From: an uncultured virus (IMG/VR IMGVR_UViG_3300031787_008607) | Taxonomy: Duplodnaviria; Heunggongvirae; Uroviricota; Caudoviricetes | Strand: one strand, 5' to 3' | Virus record (IMG/VR): IMGVR_UViG_3300031787_008607 | Location: 62,001 to 126,000 of that record | Length of the DNA stretch: 64,000 nt | Shown here: positions 24,830 through 34,028 of the stretch, piece by piece | Layout: the number at the start of each line of letters is the position of its first letter | How positions within the stretch are numbered: position 1 is the first letter of the stretch | Notes under the pieces: generated by a model | Database searches by the model: none | Seen by the model: the letters and a program-made list of their open reading frames with translations, nothing else | What the model was told of the DNA's origin: nothing | Program-made: the position numbers and the translations under genes

Positions 24830-26878
24830 CTTTCTTGGTCTTTTCACTTTTGGTGTTTCATCAGGTTGGACTTCAACTTCTGTTATTGAAACCTCTTCTT
24901 CATTGATTTCGATATTATAAGTCTTACCTAATACAATTTTTTCACGTAATACTTCATCTGAAATGTAGTCTTCAATCTTTTCTTGGATTGCTCTCTTTAG
25001 AGGACGTGCTCCGTAAACATCATCAAATCCTACTTTTGAAACAAAGTCAATTACTGATTGACCAAAATTAATGTTGTAACCCAAGTTTAATAGACGAGTT
25101 TTTAGTTTGTTAATTTCAACCAAAACAATCTTTTGGATATCGTCATTTTGAAGTGTGTTGAATACAATTACTTCATCCAAACGATTGATGAACTCAGGTG
25201 CGAAGTGATTCTTCAATTCTTTATTCAACATCGTTTTCTTAAGTTCTTCATTGGTGTAAACATTACCTGTCTTACTAAATCCAACACCTGCACCAAACTC
25301 TTGCATCTTTTTCACCCCAAGATTTGAAGTCATGATGATTAAACAGTTTTTGAAATTGATTTTTCTTCCAAAACTATCCGTCATGTAACCTTCGTCTAAT
25401 AGTTGAAGTAATGCTGAGAAGATATCTTTGTGGGCTTTCTCAACCTCGTCAAATAATACTACAGAATATGGTTTGGTTTTTACTTGTTCTGTAAGTTGTC
25501 CACCTTCATCATATCCAACATAACCAGGAGGTGAACCAATCAAACGAGATACGGTATGTTTTTCTTGGAATTCAGACATATCAACTCGGATAAGGTTTTC
25601 CTCACTTCCAAAAATTTGTTTAGCCAATTCTTTAGCCAACAATGTCTTACCAACACCTGTTGAACCTAAGAATATAAATGAACCAATTGGTTTATTTGGG
25701 TCTTTGATACCTAATCTATTTCTACGAATAGATTTTGCAATTTTAGTAACAGCATCTTTTTGTCCAACTACTGATTTGTTTAACTCTTCTTCTAAATTAA
25801 TAAGAGCAACTTTATCATCTAAATTAAGTTTAGTTAAAGGTATTTTTGTCATTGTTGACACTACCTCATAAACCAATTCTTCAGAAATTGTTTTTCTATT
25901 ATCTAAAAGAGTTTGTTCAAACTTTTTCTTTTCAATATCGAGTTGTGATAAAACTTTCTTTTCTTTATCTCTTAAGTTTGCGGCTTCTTCGTAATTCTGT
26001 TTTTTAACAACAAGTAATTTTTGTTGTTTAATTTCTAATGCCTGACGTTTTAATTCATCAATAATTTCAGGATTTTTCACATCTACCTGAGCTCTTGCTC
26101 CAACCTCATCCAAGATGTCAAACGCTTTATCAGGGAACTCTCTGTCTGTGATATATCGTTCCGCCAAATCAACACAGATTTGTAAAATTTCATCAGTGTA
26201 ATTTACCTTGTGATAATTTTCATATCTGTCTTTAACATTCTTAAGGATTTGTAATGTTTCTTCTTTGGTTGAAGAACTAACTATTACTTTTTGGAAACGT
26301 CTATCTAACGCTCCGTCCTTTTCAATTTGTTTCTTGTACTCATCCAATGTTGTTGCTCCAATACATTGTATTTCACCTCTTGATAATGCAGGTTTTAGAA
26401 TGTTAGATGCATCCATTGAACCTGATGCGTTACCCGCTCCTACAATAGTATGGATTTCATCAATGAATAGAATAACATTAGGGTTTGCCTGAATTTCTTC
26501 CAAGATAACCTTTAATCGTTCTTCAAATTGACCACGATACTTTGTTCCGGCAATTACCGAATTCATCTCTAATGATAAAATACGTTTATCAATTAGGTTT
26601 CTTGGACAATCACCTTCAAAAATCTTCATAGCCAACCCCTCAACAATTGCGGTCTTACCACAACCAGGTTCACCAATAATAATTGGGTTATTTTTCTTTC
26701 TTCTTGAAAGAATTTGTGCAATTCGTAATATTTCGTTTTCCCTACCTACAACTGGGTCTAATTTACCTTCCTCGGCAAGTTTAATAAGGTCACGACTAAA
26801 ATTGTCTAGAACAGGTGTACTTGAGTTTACCTCTGTCTTTTTTGGTAGTTTTCCACCTTCATCAACTGAATCTGTCAT
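24815..26878 (-). CDS. clpC: ClpC-type AAA+ ATPase lacking the N-terminal repeat domain
   Basis: two AAA modules (GEPGCGKT, GSTGVGKT), UVR-like QNYEEAANLRD, VGF ClpP-docking loop, GARPLKR. Confidence 0.9.
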   Translation of the reverse strand: MTDSVDEGGKLPKKTEVNSSTPVLDNFSRDLIKLAEEGKLDPVVGRENEILRIAQILSRRKKNNPIIIGEPGCGKTAIVEGLAMKIFEGDCPRNLIDKRILSLEMNSVIAGTKYRGQFEERLKVILEEIQANPNVILFIDEIHTIVGAGNASGSMDASNILKPALSRGEIQCIGATTLDEYKKQIEKDGALDRRFQKVIVSSSTKEETLQILKNVKDRYENYHKVNYTDEILQICVDLAERYITDREFPDKAFDILDEVGARAQVDVKNPEIIDELKRQALEIKQQKLLVVKKQNYEEAANLRDKEKKVLSQLDIEKKKFEQTLLDNRKTISEELVYEVVSTMTKIPLTKLNLDDKVALINLEEELNKSVVGQKDAVTKIAKSIRRNRLGIKDPNKPIGSFIFLGSTGVGKTLLAKELAKQIFGSEENLIRVDMSEFQEKHTVSRLIGSPPGYVGYDEGGQLTEQVKTKPYSVVLFDEVEKAHKDIFSALLQLLDEGYMTDSFGRKINFKNCLIIMTSNLGVKKMQEFGAGVGFSKTGNVYTNEELKKTMLNKELKNHFAPEFINRLDEVIVFNTLQNDDIQKIVLVEINKLKTRLLNLGYNINFGQSVIDFVSKVGFDDVYGARPLKRAIQEKIEDYISDEVLREKIVLGKTYNIEINEEEVSITEVEVQPDETPKVKRPRKKKGE

Positions 26879-26968
26879 AAAAATTGTTTTGATTAAGATT
26901 AATTTATTTTCTTGTTAAATTCAACTACAAAACTAATACAATTTTTTTTATACTTACAAAAAAAAGTT

Positions 26969-27211
26969 ATGGCAATTCTTAAAGAAACAATCAAAGGAAC
27001 TAACATCATTTGTGAAATCGAGTCATCAAACATTACTAAAACTGATTATAACACTGAATCTAAGAAGTTAATTGTTGATTTTAAGACAGGTATTCAATAT
27101 GAGTATGACGATGTACCACACGAAGTATATACTCGTTTTAGAATGGCGGAATCACAAGGAAGTTATTTTAGTAAAAACATCGCAAAGGCTTACAAATATA
27201 AAAGATTGTAA
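26969..27211 (+). CDS. KTSC domain protein
   Basis: ESSNI..Y....L.VDFK.G..YEYDDVP..VY..F..AESQGSYF; start refined to MAILK. Confidence 0.85.
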   Translation: MAILKETIKGTNIICEIESSNITKTDYNTESKKLIVDFKTGIQYEYDDVPHEVYTRFRMAESQGSYFSKNIAKAYKYKRL

Positions 27212-27231
27212 TTTACAGATATTTATTATTT

Positions 27232-27993
27232 GTGAAAGACAATAATATCATTAAAAGTTTTTTTGCTCAAGATAAACTCAACTCAAAAATTTGGGATGAG
27301 AACATGAAGTTGCGTAAAGAAGTAAGAGAAAAATTACTTCACACAGCAAATGAATTTGTTGATTTTATCGGAGTACCTATTTTAGTTGAAGATGTAATTT
27401 TTACAGGTTCATTAGCAAATTATAATTGGTCAGAGTATTCTGATATCGACCTTCACGTTGTTTCTGATTTTATTCAATTTTCAGATACAGAACTTCCACT
27501 ATATGAAGAGTTGTTTAAAGTGAAAAAAACAATTTTTAATACCAATCACGATATTAAAATTTTTGGATATGAAGTTGAACTTTATGTTCAGAATGAAAGT
27601 GAGTCACATTTTAGTTCAGGTGTTTATTCTGTGTTATATGATGAGTGGTTGGTTAAACCTGAAAAAGAGGAAGTTAGTATTGATACTAAATTATTAAAGT
27701 CGAAAATTAATCACTGGAAAACACAGATTGATACTGTGGTTGATAACGCATCGGAGAAAGATATCGATGAAGCAAGAGAATATATTAAAAAATTTAAAGA
27801 AAAACTTAAAAAATATAGAAGTTCAGGTCTTAAAAAAGATGGTGAATATTCATATGAAAATTTGGTCTTTAAGTACTTAAGAAGAAGTGATTATTTGGAA
27901 AAACTATTTAATTTAGAGAATAAATTGGTCGATAAAGAATTATCACTGATGGAACAAAAGATAGATTTTTTACTTAATCTAAAAAAATCTTAA
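27232..27993 (+). CDS. Pol-beta superfamily nucleotidyltransferase
   Basis: TGSLANYNWSEYSDIDLH (GS..DxD) and VELYVQ. Confidence 0.8.
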   Translation: MKDNNIIKSFFAQDKLNSKIWDENMKLRKEVREKLLHTANEFVDFIGVPILVEDVIFTGSLANYNWSEYSDIDLHVVSDFIQFSDTELPLYEELFKVKKTIFNTNHDIKIFGYEVELYVQNESESHFSSGVYSVLYDEWLVKPEKEEVSIDTKLLKSKINHWKTQIDTVVDNASEKDIDEAREYIKKFKEKLKKYRSSGLKKDGEYSYENLVFKYLRRSDYLEKLFNLENKLVDKELSLMEQKIDFLLNLKKS

Positions 27994-28026
27994 TTTTCCT
28001 TATATTTATAAAGAAAAAATAATATT

Positions 28027-28215
28027 ATGGCGCAGTATTCTTCAGGAACATATACATATGTAGTTATTAACAACACTACAGGTGGAACCGCATGTAATAG
28101 TTGTACATCAACGTTACAACCACACCCAACATATGGAGGTGGAACAATTTCAGGAGATACTGTAGTACAATTAAATGCCGTAACAATAGGCGGTTTTAAC
28201 GGATTAAATAGTTAA
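28027..28215 (+). CDS. small Thr/Gly-rich putative virion protein
   Basis: PHPTY..VVQLNAVTIGGFNGLN; late motif at 28003. Confidence 0.65.
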   Translation: MAQYSSGTYTYVVINNTTGGTACNSCTSTLQPHPTYGGGTISGDTVVQLNAVTIGGFNGLNS

Positions 28216-28221
28216 AAAATT

Positions 28222-29478
28222 ATGAGCAAACTAAAACCAATTGGTAGTGAAAAACTACAAGGTATGGATAAAATCCAAAGAATTATGGAAATCGCTCGTT
28301 ATAACGAGAATATTCCAAATTCAATTAATGAAACATCTTCAGTTGATTACAGAGTAACATTAGCTGATGGTAACACCTATGAAATTGTAAAAGAAAGATT
28401 AGGTTATATTATCAAAAAACAAATCAGTGAATCTGTTTCAGATTATATTGACCACATGAAGAATAGAAAACACTTTTCTTCATACTCGGCGGCTATGAGA
28501 AAATTAAATTTAATGGCTGGTGAAATTAATAGAGTTAACGGTATTAGTGAAGGAATTTCTTTATTCACTGAAGATAAGAAATACATGTTAAAAACACCAA
28601 AGCCTGAAATGGAAGCTCCAGCTGAAGAACCTTCAGATTTACCTCCACCGGCACCTGAGGAAACTCCAGCACCTGCAGAACCATCTATGGATTCTGATAT
28701 GGGTACTGATATGGGTGACGATTTACCAATTGCTCCTGAAGGAGATGAAATGGGTATGGAAGAACCATCAGATATGGATGAATTACCATCAGAAGGTGGA
28801 GAAGGTGAACCAGTTACATTTAAATCTATCCAAAAGTTAACAGGAAAGTTAGCTCAAAAAATTAGAGATTATTCAGGTGAGGAAGAGTTATCAAGTAAAG
28901 ATGTAAAATATGTTATTAATTCAATATTATCTTCTTTAGATTTATCATCATTAGATGAAGATGATAAAGAAGAAATCTTAACAAGATTTGAAGGTGAAGA
29001 AGAATCTGACTACGGAATGGAAGATATGGGTTCATCTGAAGATGAAATGTCAAGTGAAGAACCTGAAATGTCTTCTGAGGAAGAACCAATTGCAGAACCT
29101 GAAGGTGAAATGGATGAAGGTTGGATGGACGAAGGGGAATTCAACGAAGAAAGTTATGTAGAATCCGCTCTTAAAAGTATTTTTAAAGAATCTACAATTG
29201 AAAAAGTTCTTAAAGGTTATGTTGTAATTAATGAAAATGAAAAGAAATTTATTACAGAAAAGAAAAAAGAACAAAAAGTTATTTCAGAATCAAGAAAGAT
29301 TAAGTATAATAAAGAAATTGAAAGATTATCTTTAACTGAAGCTCAAGCTGAAATATCAAAAAAGATTGTTAACAATTTCCCGTTTGTAACTTTTGTAGGT
29401 AAAACTAATAAAGGTAATTTAGTATTTGAAAATAAAAACAAACAACTTAAGGTATCTCCAAAAGGTAATATCCTATGA
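28222..29478 (+). CDS. acidic putative prohead core protein
   Basis: DKIQRIMEIA leader, many INE/ISE/ITE/LTE sites, Glu/Pro/Met-rich linkers; upstream of terminase. Confidence 0.65.
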   Translation: MSKLKPIGSEKLQGMDKIQRIMEIARYNENIPNSINETSSVDYRVTLADGNTYEIVKERLGYIIKKQISESVSDYIDHMKNRKHFSSYSAAMRKLNLMAGEINRVNGISEGISLFTEDKKYMLKTPKPEMEAPAEEPSDLPPPAPEETPAPAEPSMDSDMGTDMGDDLPIAPEGDEMGMEEPSDMDELPSEGGEGEPVTFKSIQKLTGKLAQKIRDYSGEEELSSKDVKYVINSILSSLDLSSLDEDDKEEILTRFEGEEESDYGMEDMGSSEDEMSSEEPEMSSEEEPIAEPEGEMDEGWMDEGEFNEESYVESALKSIFKESTIEKVLKGYVVINENEKKFITEKKKEQKVISESRKIKYNKEIERLSLTEAQAEISKKIVNNFPFVTFVGKTNKGNLVFENKNKQLKVSPKGNIL

Positions 29479-29894
29479 GTTATTTAGTTTTTGTTAACGG
29501 ATTAGGGGCAAATTATAGAGGAAATAAAACTTATGAGTTTATTTTCTCACAAACAACTGAAGTATTTGGTGATGATTGGGACACAGTTCCAGCTAACGGA
29601 AACCCAACACCACCTGATACTGAAGAAATTAAAAAAGTAGGAGTATTGAATAGAGACGGAATAGATATGGAGCTCATTCAAAACTCCGATTTTTTTTGTA
29701 TGAAAGATGCGTTAGATAATGTGGTAGCTTTAGCTTGGGAAAAAGATAGTGATAAAGATGAAAGATTAGTTTTTCACTTTGGAATGACTGAACAACAAGT
29801 TAAAGATAAATTATATGAAAAGGATATAATCCTTGAATTTTATAAAGAGTTTGAAGAAGATGGAAATAAAAAAACAAATTCAAAAATTAGTTGA
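29475..29894 (+). CDS. hypothetical protein
   Basis: ATGA-coupled ORF. Confidence 0.7.
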   Translation: MSYLVFVNGLGANYRGNKTYEFIFSQTTEVFGDDWDTVPANGNPTPPDTEEIKKVGVLNRDGIDMELIQNSDFFCMKDALDNVVALAWEKDSDKDERLVFHFGMTEQQVKDKLYEKDIILEFYKEFEEDGNKKTNSKIS

Positions 29895-30759
29895 GATAGG
29901 TTTTACTAAAGAAAATTTAAGTAAACAATCTCCAAAACAAATTAATACCTTATATGAATCTATGGTTAATGCCCATGGATTTATTGGTTATGGTAAAATG
30001 AATAAACCTATTGGGAATATGTTTTCGAGTGGTAAAAAATCTGAAACTAAAGAAGCAATTACCCAAACTAAAGATATAACAACAACAACAAATATACCTT
30101 TATCGGATATTCAAAATAAAGGGGCGGTAATTCCAAAATCAAATGACCCTAACAAACCATCAACCGCTAAAGTGGAAAACGGAGTTTTAAAAATATCAAC
30201 AGCTGAAGGTGAAATGACTGAGGGTAAGAAAAAAACAAAAAAGAAAGTTGAAAAAAATCCTTGGGCTATCTGTACATCATCATTGGGTTTAGAAGGTAAA
30301 AAGAAAGACGATTACACTAAAGGTGAAGATAAGAAATTTGAAAGATGTGTTCTTGATGTCAAAAAGTCATTAAAAGAAGGTAAAAATCCATATGAAGTTA
30401 TTTTGGAACGAAAAATGAGAGAAATCATTGAAGAAAATTTAAGACCATCTATGACAAAAAAAGATTTAATCAGAAGTATTTTGGAATCACAAACAAAAGA
30501 AAAAGAAAGAACAAAAGAAAAAGAAAAAACAACAACTCCTACGAGAAAAAACCCTTTCAAACCAGCACCAGACACTGAACCAAGACCAAAAGGTTCTGGT
30601 ACAAAAGAAAAAGAAAGAACTAAGGAAAAGGAAAAGACAACTACTCCGACTAGAAAAAATCCTTTCAAACCAGCACCAGACACTGAACCAAGACCAAAAG
30701 GTGAATTACCATCTTATTTGAGTTTTGGTAAAATGAATATTAAATTAAAAGGTGAGTAA
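29860..30759 (+). CDS. basic hypothetical protein with a 36-aa duplication
   Basis: start refined to MEIKK; NPWAIC..KFERCV domain; repeat TKEKERTKEKEKTTTPTRKNPFKPAPDTEPRPKG x2. Confidence 0.7.
   Translation: MEIKKQIQKLVEIGFTKENLSKQSPKQINTLYESMVNAHGFIGYGKMNKPIGNMFSSGKKSETKEAITQTKDITTTTNIPLSDIQNKGAVIPKSNDPNKPSTAKVENGVLKISTAEGEMTEGKKKTKKKVEKNPWAICTSSLGLEGKKKDDYTKGEDKKFERCVLDVKKSLKEGKNPYEVILERKMREIIEENLRPSMTKKDLIRSILESQTKEKERTKEKEKTTTPTRKNPFKPAPDTEPRPKGSGTKEKERTKEKEKTTTPTRKNPFKPAPDTEPRPKGELPSYLSFGKMNIKLKGE
30493..30702 (+). repeat. 108-nt-period coding direct repeat (2 copies)
   Basis: copies start at 30493 and 30601; synonymous differences only. Confidence 0.9.
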
Positions 30760-32056
30760 GATGAAAAAAGAAAAATTAGTAAAAAGATTGGTTAGTCGAC
30801 TTAATGAGGCACCTATCGGATATGAAGGCCCTGAAAGAATGGCACCTGATATTCAATCTAAATTTGAGAAAGGTGAAACACCTCATTCAGGTAGTAAAGC
30901 ATTTCCTGAAATAACACCTGAAAGTCCGGATAAACCATCTAACTTTGAACAACTTATTGCGTCTCAAAGATTTAAAGAGGTTATTAACAGATTAAAAAGA
31001 TATACAGGTATTGAAGATGTGACTTCGCAGAATTCAATGATGAGACTTCAAATGATGGTGATGAACGCTATGCAAGAAATCGCTCAGATTGAATCTGAAA
31101 ACAAAGAATACTTGGAAGAATTAGCAATTGAGGTTGTTCAAAAGGAATTTGGTATTCCTGAAGGAGCATTACAGTATGATGTTCAGTTGGTTAAACCAAA
31201 TGACATTGATTCAAGTAAGTTATCTGCTAAAGGTGAAGAACCAAGTGAAGAAGAAATTGAAAACATGTTTGGTTCTGAAGAAGAACAAGAACAACTTGAG
31301 GATTTCATGGATTCATTTGAAAAATTTGATTTAGAAAAGGCTAAAAGAAGGTTTATAAACTCCCTTATTCAAGGAGCGGCTAAACAATCTTCTTATATGT
31401 TTGAATTATTAAATAGAGAGTTAAATGCTATTAACCCAAGATTATTGAATATGTATGGTGTCTTTATGTCATTTGCTGATTCACTTTATTGGTTAATGCC
31501 TGACTCAATGGTTCAAGGTATGGCAGGTGGTGGAGAATCGACATATGGTATGTCTGAGTTAGACGCTAAGACTGACCCACCGACAGTAAAGGCTCGTGGT
31601 GTTAATTTACCAATCCTTATTCATGAACTTGCTAAAGGTGTTATGGAAATTGCAGGAACATACGGATTACCGAAAGATAAGACAAGACAAGAAGCGGTTA
31701 TTAAATCACAAGATACTGTTGTTGGTGAAATTTGGGATATGAGATTAGGGCCGGTTATTTGGCAAAAGTTTCGTGAAGCTTATCCTGATGAATTGTTTGA
31801 TGATGATAAGAGAAACTTACAACAATATTTCCTTGTTAAGTTTGCCGAACTTACCCCAAACGAATTCTTTGCAATGGCTCGTGAAATTTTATCAGGTTCA
31901 CCAAAAGGAAAGAAAATGGTAAAAGATATGGTTGATGAAATCATTGCTGAACTTAAAGAAGAAGAATATGAAGATACTATGAAGAAATATGAGGATGATG
32001 ACGACGATGATGATGAGGATTTTGATGATTTCTTAAAAGGATTAGGCATCAACTAA
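30752..32056 (+). CDS. conserved hypothetical protein upstream of terminase
   Basis: 434 aa, RLNEA site, LIHELAKGVME motif, acidic tail. Confidence 0.7.
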   Translation: MSKMKKEKLVKRLVSRLNEAPIGYEGPERMAPDIQSKFEKGETPHSGSKAFPEITPESPDKPSNFEQLIASQRFKEVINRLKRYTGIEDVTSQNSMMRLQMMVMNAMQEIAQIESENKEYLEELAIEVVQKEFGIPEGALQYDVQLVKPNDIDSSKLSAKGEEPSEEEIENMFGSEEEQEQLEDFMDSFEKFDLEKAKRRFINSLIQGAAKQSSYMFELLNRELNAINPRLLNMYGVFMSFADSLYWLMPDSMVQGMAGGGESTYGMSELDAKTDPPTVKARGVNLPILIHELAKGVMEIAGTYGLPKDKTRQEAVIKSQDTVVGEIWDMRLGPVIWQKFREAYPDELFDDDKRNLQQYFLVKFAELTPNEFFAMAREILSGSPKGKKMVKDMVDEIIAELKEEEYEDTMKKYEDDDDDDDEDFDDFLKGLGIN

Positions 32057-32063
32057 AAACTTT

Positions 32064-32089
32064 AAAACCCTTCAGAGATGAAGGGTTTT
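32064..32089 (+). terminator. intrinsic terminator
   Basis: aaaacccttca-gaga-tgaagggtttt. Confidence 0.75.
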
Positions 32090-32121
32090 CTATTTTAAGA
32101 TAAATTTTATATTTATAGTAT

Positions 32122-33867
32122 ATGAGTTTATCAAGAGAAGCAGTTTTAATGGAGTATGCCAAGTGTATGAAATCAACACCATACGCCCTTAAAACTTATT
32201 TACAGACATATGACAACACTGTTCAAAAGTATGTCCCATTAGAATTATTTCCTGACCAAGTTAGTTTGGTTGAAGATTATGAAAACTATAACGAAAATAT
32301 TGCATTAAAGTATCGACAGGCAGGTGTATCAACTGTGACAGCCGCTTGGTCATCAAAAAAACTTGTTTTTGCTAAAAAGAATAGCCCTGAAAAAATATTG
32401 GTTATTGCTAACAAATTAGATACAGCAGTTGAGGTTGCAAATAAAATTAGAGGATTTACTGAACAATGGCCTAGTTGGGTAGGTGTTGGTTTTTCTGCTG
32501 AAAAAAACTCACAAAGACATTTTAAATTAACAAATGGATGTGAAGTTAAAGCAGTTGCGACATCTAAAGATGCTCTTCGTGGTTATACACCAACAATCTT
32601 GATATTTGACGAGGCGGCGTATATTGATGCCGATGATGATTTTTGGGCGGCTTGTATGGCATCCTTATCCACAGGTGGTAAGGTTATAGTTGTATCAACA
32701 CCAAATGGATATGACCCAATTTATTATGGTATATATGACCAAGCGTTAAAGGGAATGAATGAATTTAAAGTTTCCGAAATGGTTTGGTGGAAAGACCCAA
32801 GATATGCTAAAGATTTATCATTAATAAATGTAAAAGATATTATTCATTATTATTTAAATCGTAATGAATATCAAACTGTTGAAATTATTGACTATAACAA
32901 TAAAGAAAAAAACTTTGATGAAATAAGACAATTGATTGCTCAGGGATATAAACCAAGTTCTTCTTGGTATGAATCAATGGTTAAAAAACTTAAATATGAC
33001 AAACGTAAAGTTAGTCAGGAATTAGAATGTGCATTTCTTGGTTCGGGGGATAACGTATTTGATTCGGATTTATTGGAAAATTTAAGAATTAATATGGTTA
33101 AAGAACCATCCACAAAGATGATGGGTGGTGGACTTTGGATTTGGAAAGAACCTGAAATGGGTAAAAAATACATTATGGGTGTTGACGTATCTCGTGGGGA
33201 TAGTGAGGACTTCTCAACATTCCAAATCATTGATTTTGATACAAGAGAACAAGTTGCTGAGTATGTTGGAAAACTTCCTCCTGACACATTAGCGGAAATA
33301 TGTTTTAAATGGGGTAATATGTATAACGCATTTATTGTAATAGATATTACAGGTGGTATGGGTGTTACAACGTCCTTAAGACTTAGAGAGTTAGGGTATA
33401 AGAATATGTACGTTGACGGTGTAGATATCTCAAATAAATGGAAATATGACCCAAAGGCTACTGAAAAAATACCAGGAATTAACTTTAATGCTAAGAGAGT
33501 TCAAATTATTGCAACCTTTGAAGAATATTTAAGACATGGTTTTAAAATAAATTCAAGTAGATTGTTAAATGAAATGAACACATTTATTTATATAAATGGA
33601 AGACCTGACCACCAAAAAGGACAACACGATGATTTAATTATGTCAGTAGCTATGGCTCTTTATGTTGGTGAATCATCATTTACGTCACTTAATAAGGTAA
33701 CAAATCAAACAAAGGCAATGATTAATTCATGGACTGTTAATACAAATGAATATAATCGAAAACAATTCATGGACCCGGTAGTCCCTCAACATCAAGAAAA
33801 CTTTAAACGAGAAGCCACAAAAAGTGATTATGAAAACTATTTATGGTTATTCGGAGGAAGGAGATAA
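32122..33867 (+). CDS. terminase large subunit (T4 gp17-like)
   Basis: KYRQAGVST Walker A, LIFDEAA Walker B, VSTPNG, nuclease GVDVSRG, HDDLIM. Confidence 0.95.
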   Translation: MSLSREAVLMEYAKCMKSTPYALKTYLQTYDNTVQKYVPLELFPDQVSLVEDYENYNENIALKYRQAGVSTVTAAWSSKKLVFAKKNSPEKILVIANKLDTAVEVANKIRGFTEQWPSWVGVGFSAEKNSQRHFKLTNGCEVKAVATSKDALRGYTPTILIFDEAAYIDADDDFWAACMASLSTGGKVIVVSTPNGYDPIYYGIYDQALKGMNEFKVSEMVWWKDPRYAKDLSLINVKDIIHYYLNRNEYQTVEIIDYNNKEKNFDEIRQLIAQGYKPSSSWYESMVKKLKYDKRKVSQELECAFLGSGDNVFDSDLLENLRINMVKEPSTKMMGGGLWIWKEPEMGKKYIMGVDVSRGDSEDFSTFQIIDFDTREQVAEYVGKLPPDTLAEICFKWGNMYNAFIVIDITGGMGVTTSLRLRELGYKNMYVDGVDISNKWKYDPKATEKIPGINFNAKRVQIIATFEEYLRHGFKINSSRLLNEMNTFIYINGRPDHQKGQHDDLIMSVAMALYVGESSFTSLNKVTNQTKAMINSWTVNTNEYNRKQFMDPVVPQHQENFKREATKSDYENYLWLFGGRR

Positions 33868-33871
33868 AATT

Positions 33872-33991
33872 ATGGGATATATAAAAAGACAAAAATCAGG
33901 AACATATAACGCAGGTACAAGAAGTAAAGTATCCGGACAAGGGGTACAAACTGTAAAATTACCTGTAAGTGATAAAAAACCTAGTAAATAA
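33872..33991 (+). CDS. small basic protein, 39 aa (not in ORF track)
   Basis: MGYIKRQKSGTYNAGTRSKVSGQGVQTVKLPVSDKKPSK between terminase and portal. Confidence 0.55.
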   Translation: MGYIKRQKSGTYNAGTRSKVSGQGVQTVKLPVSDKKPSK

Positions 33992-34028
33992 CATTTATAG
34001 TGTTGTTTAAACAAATTATACTTTAGAT

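Noticed and set aside
33852..33864. Strong SD-like GGAGGAAGGAG before the small ORF at 33872
   Set aside because: Explained by the terminase C-terminal GGRR codons; a single instance is not evidence of SD use
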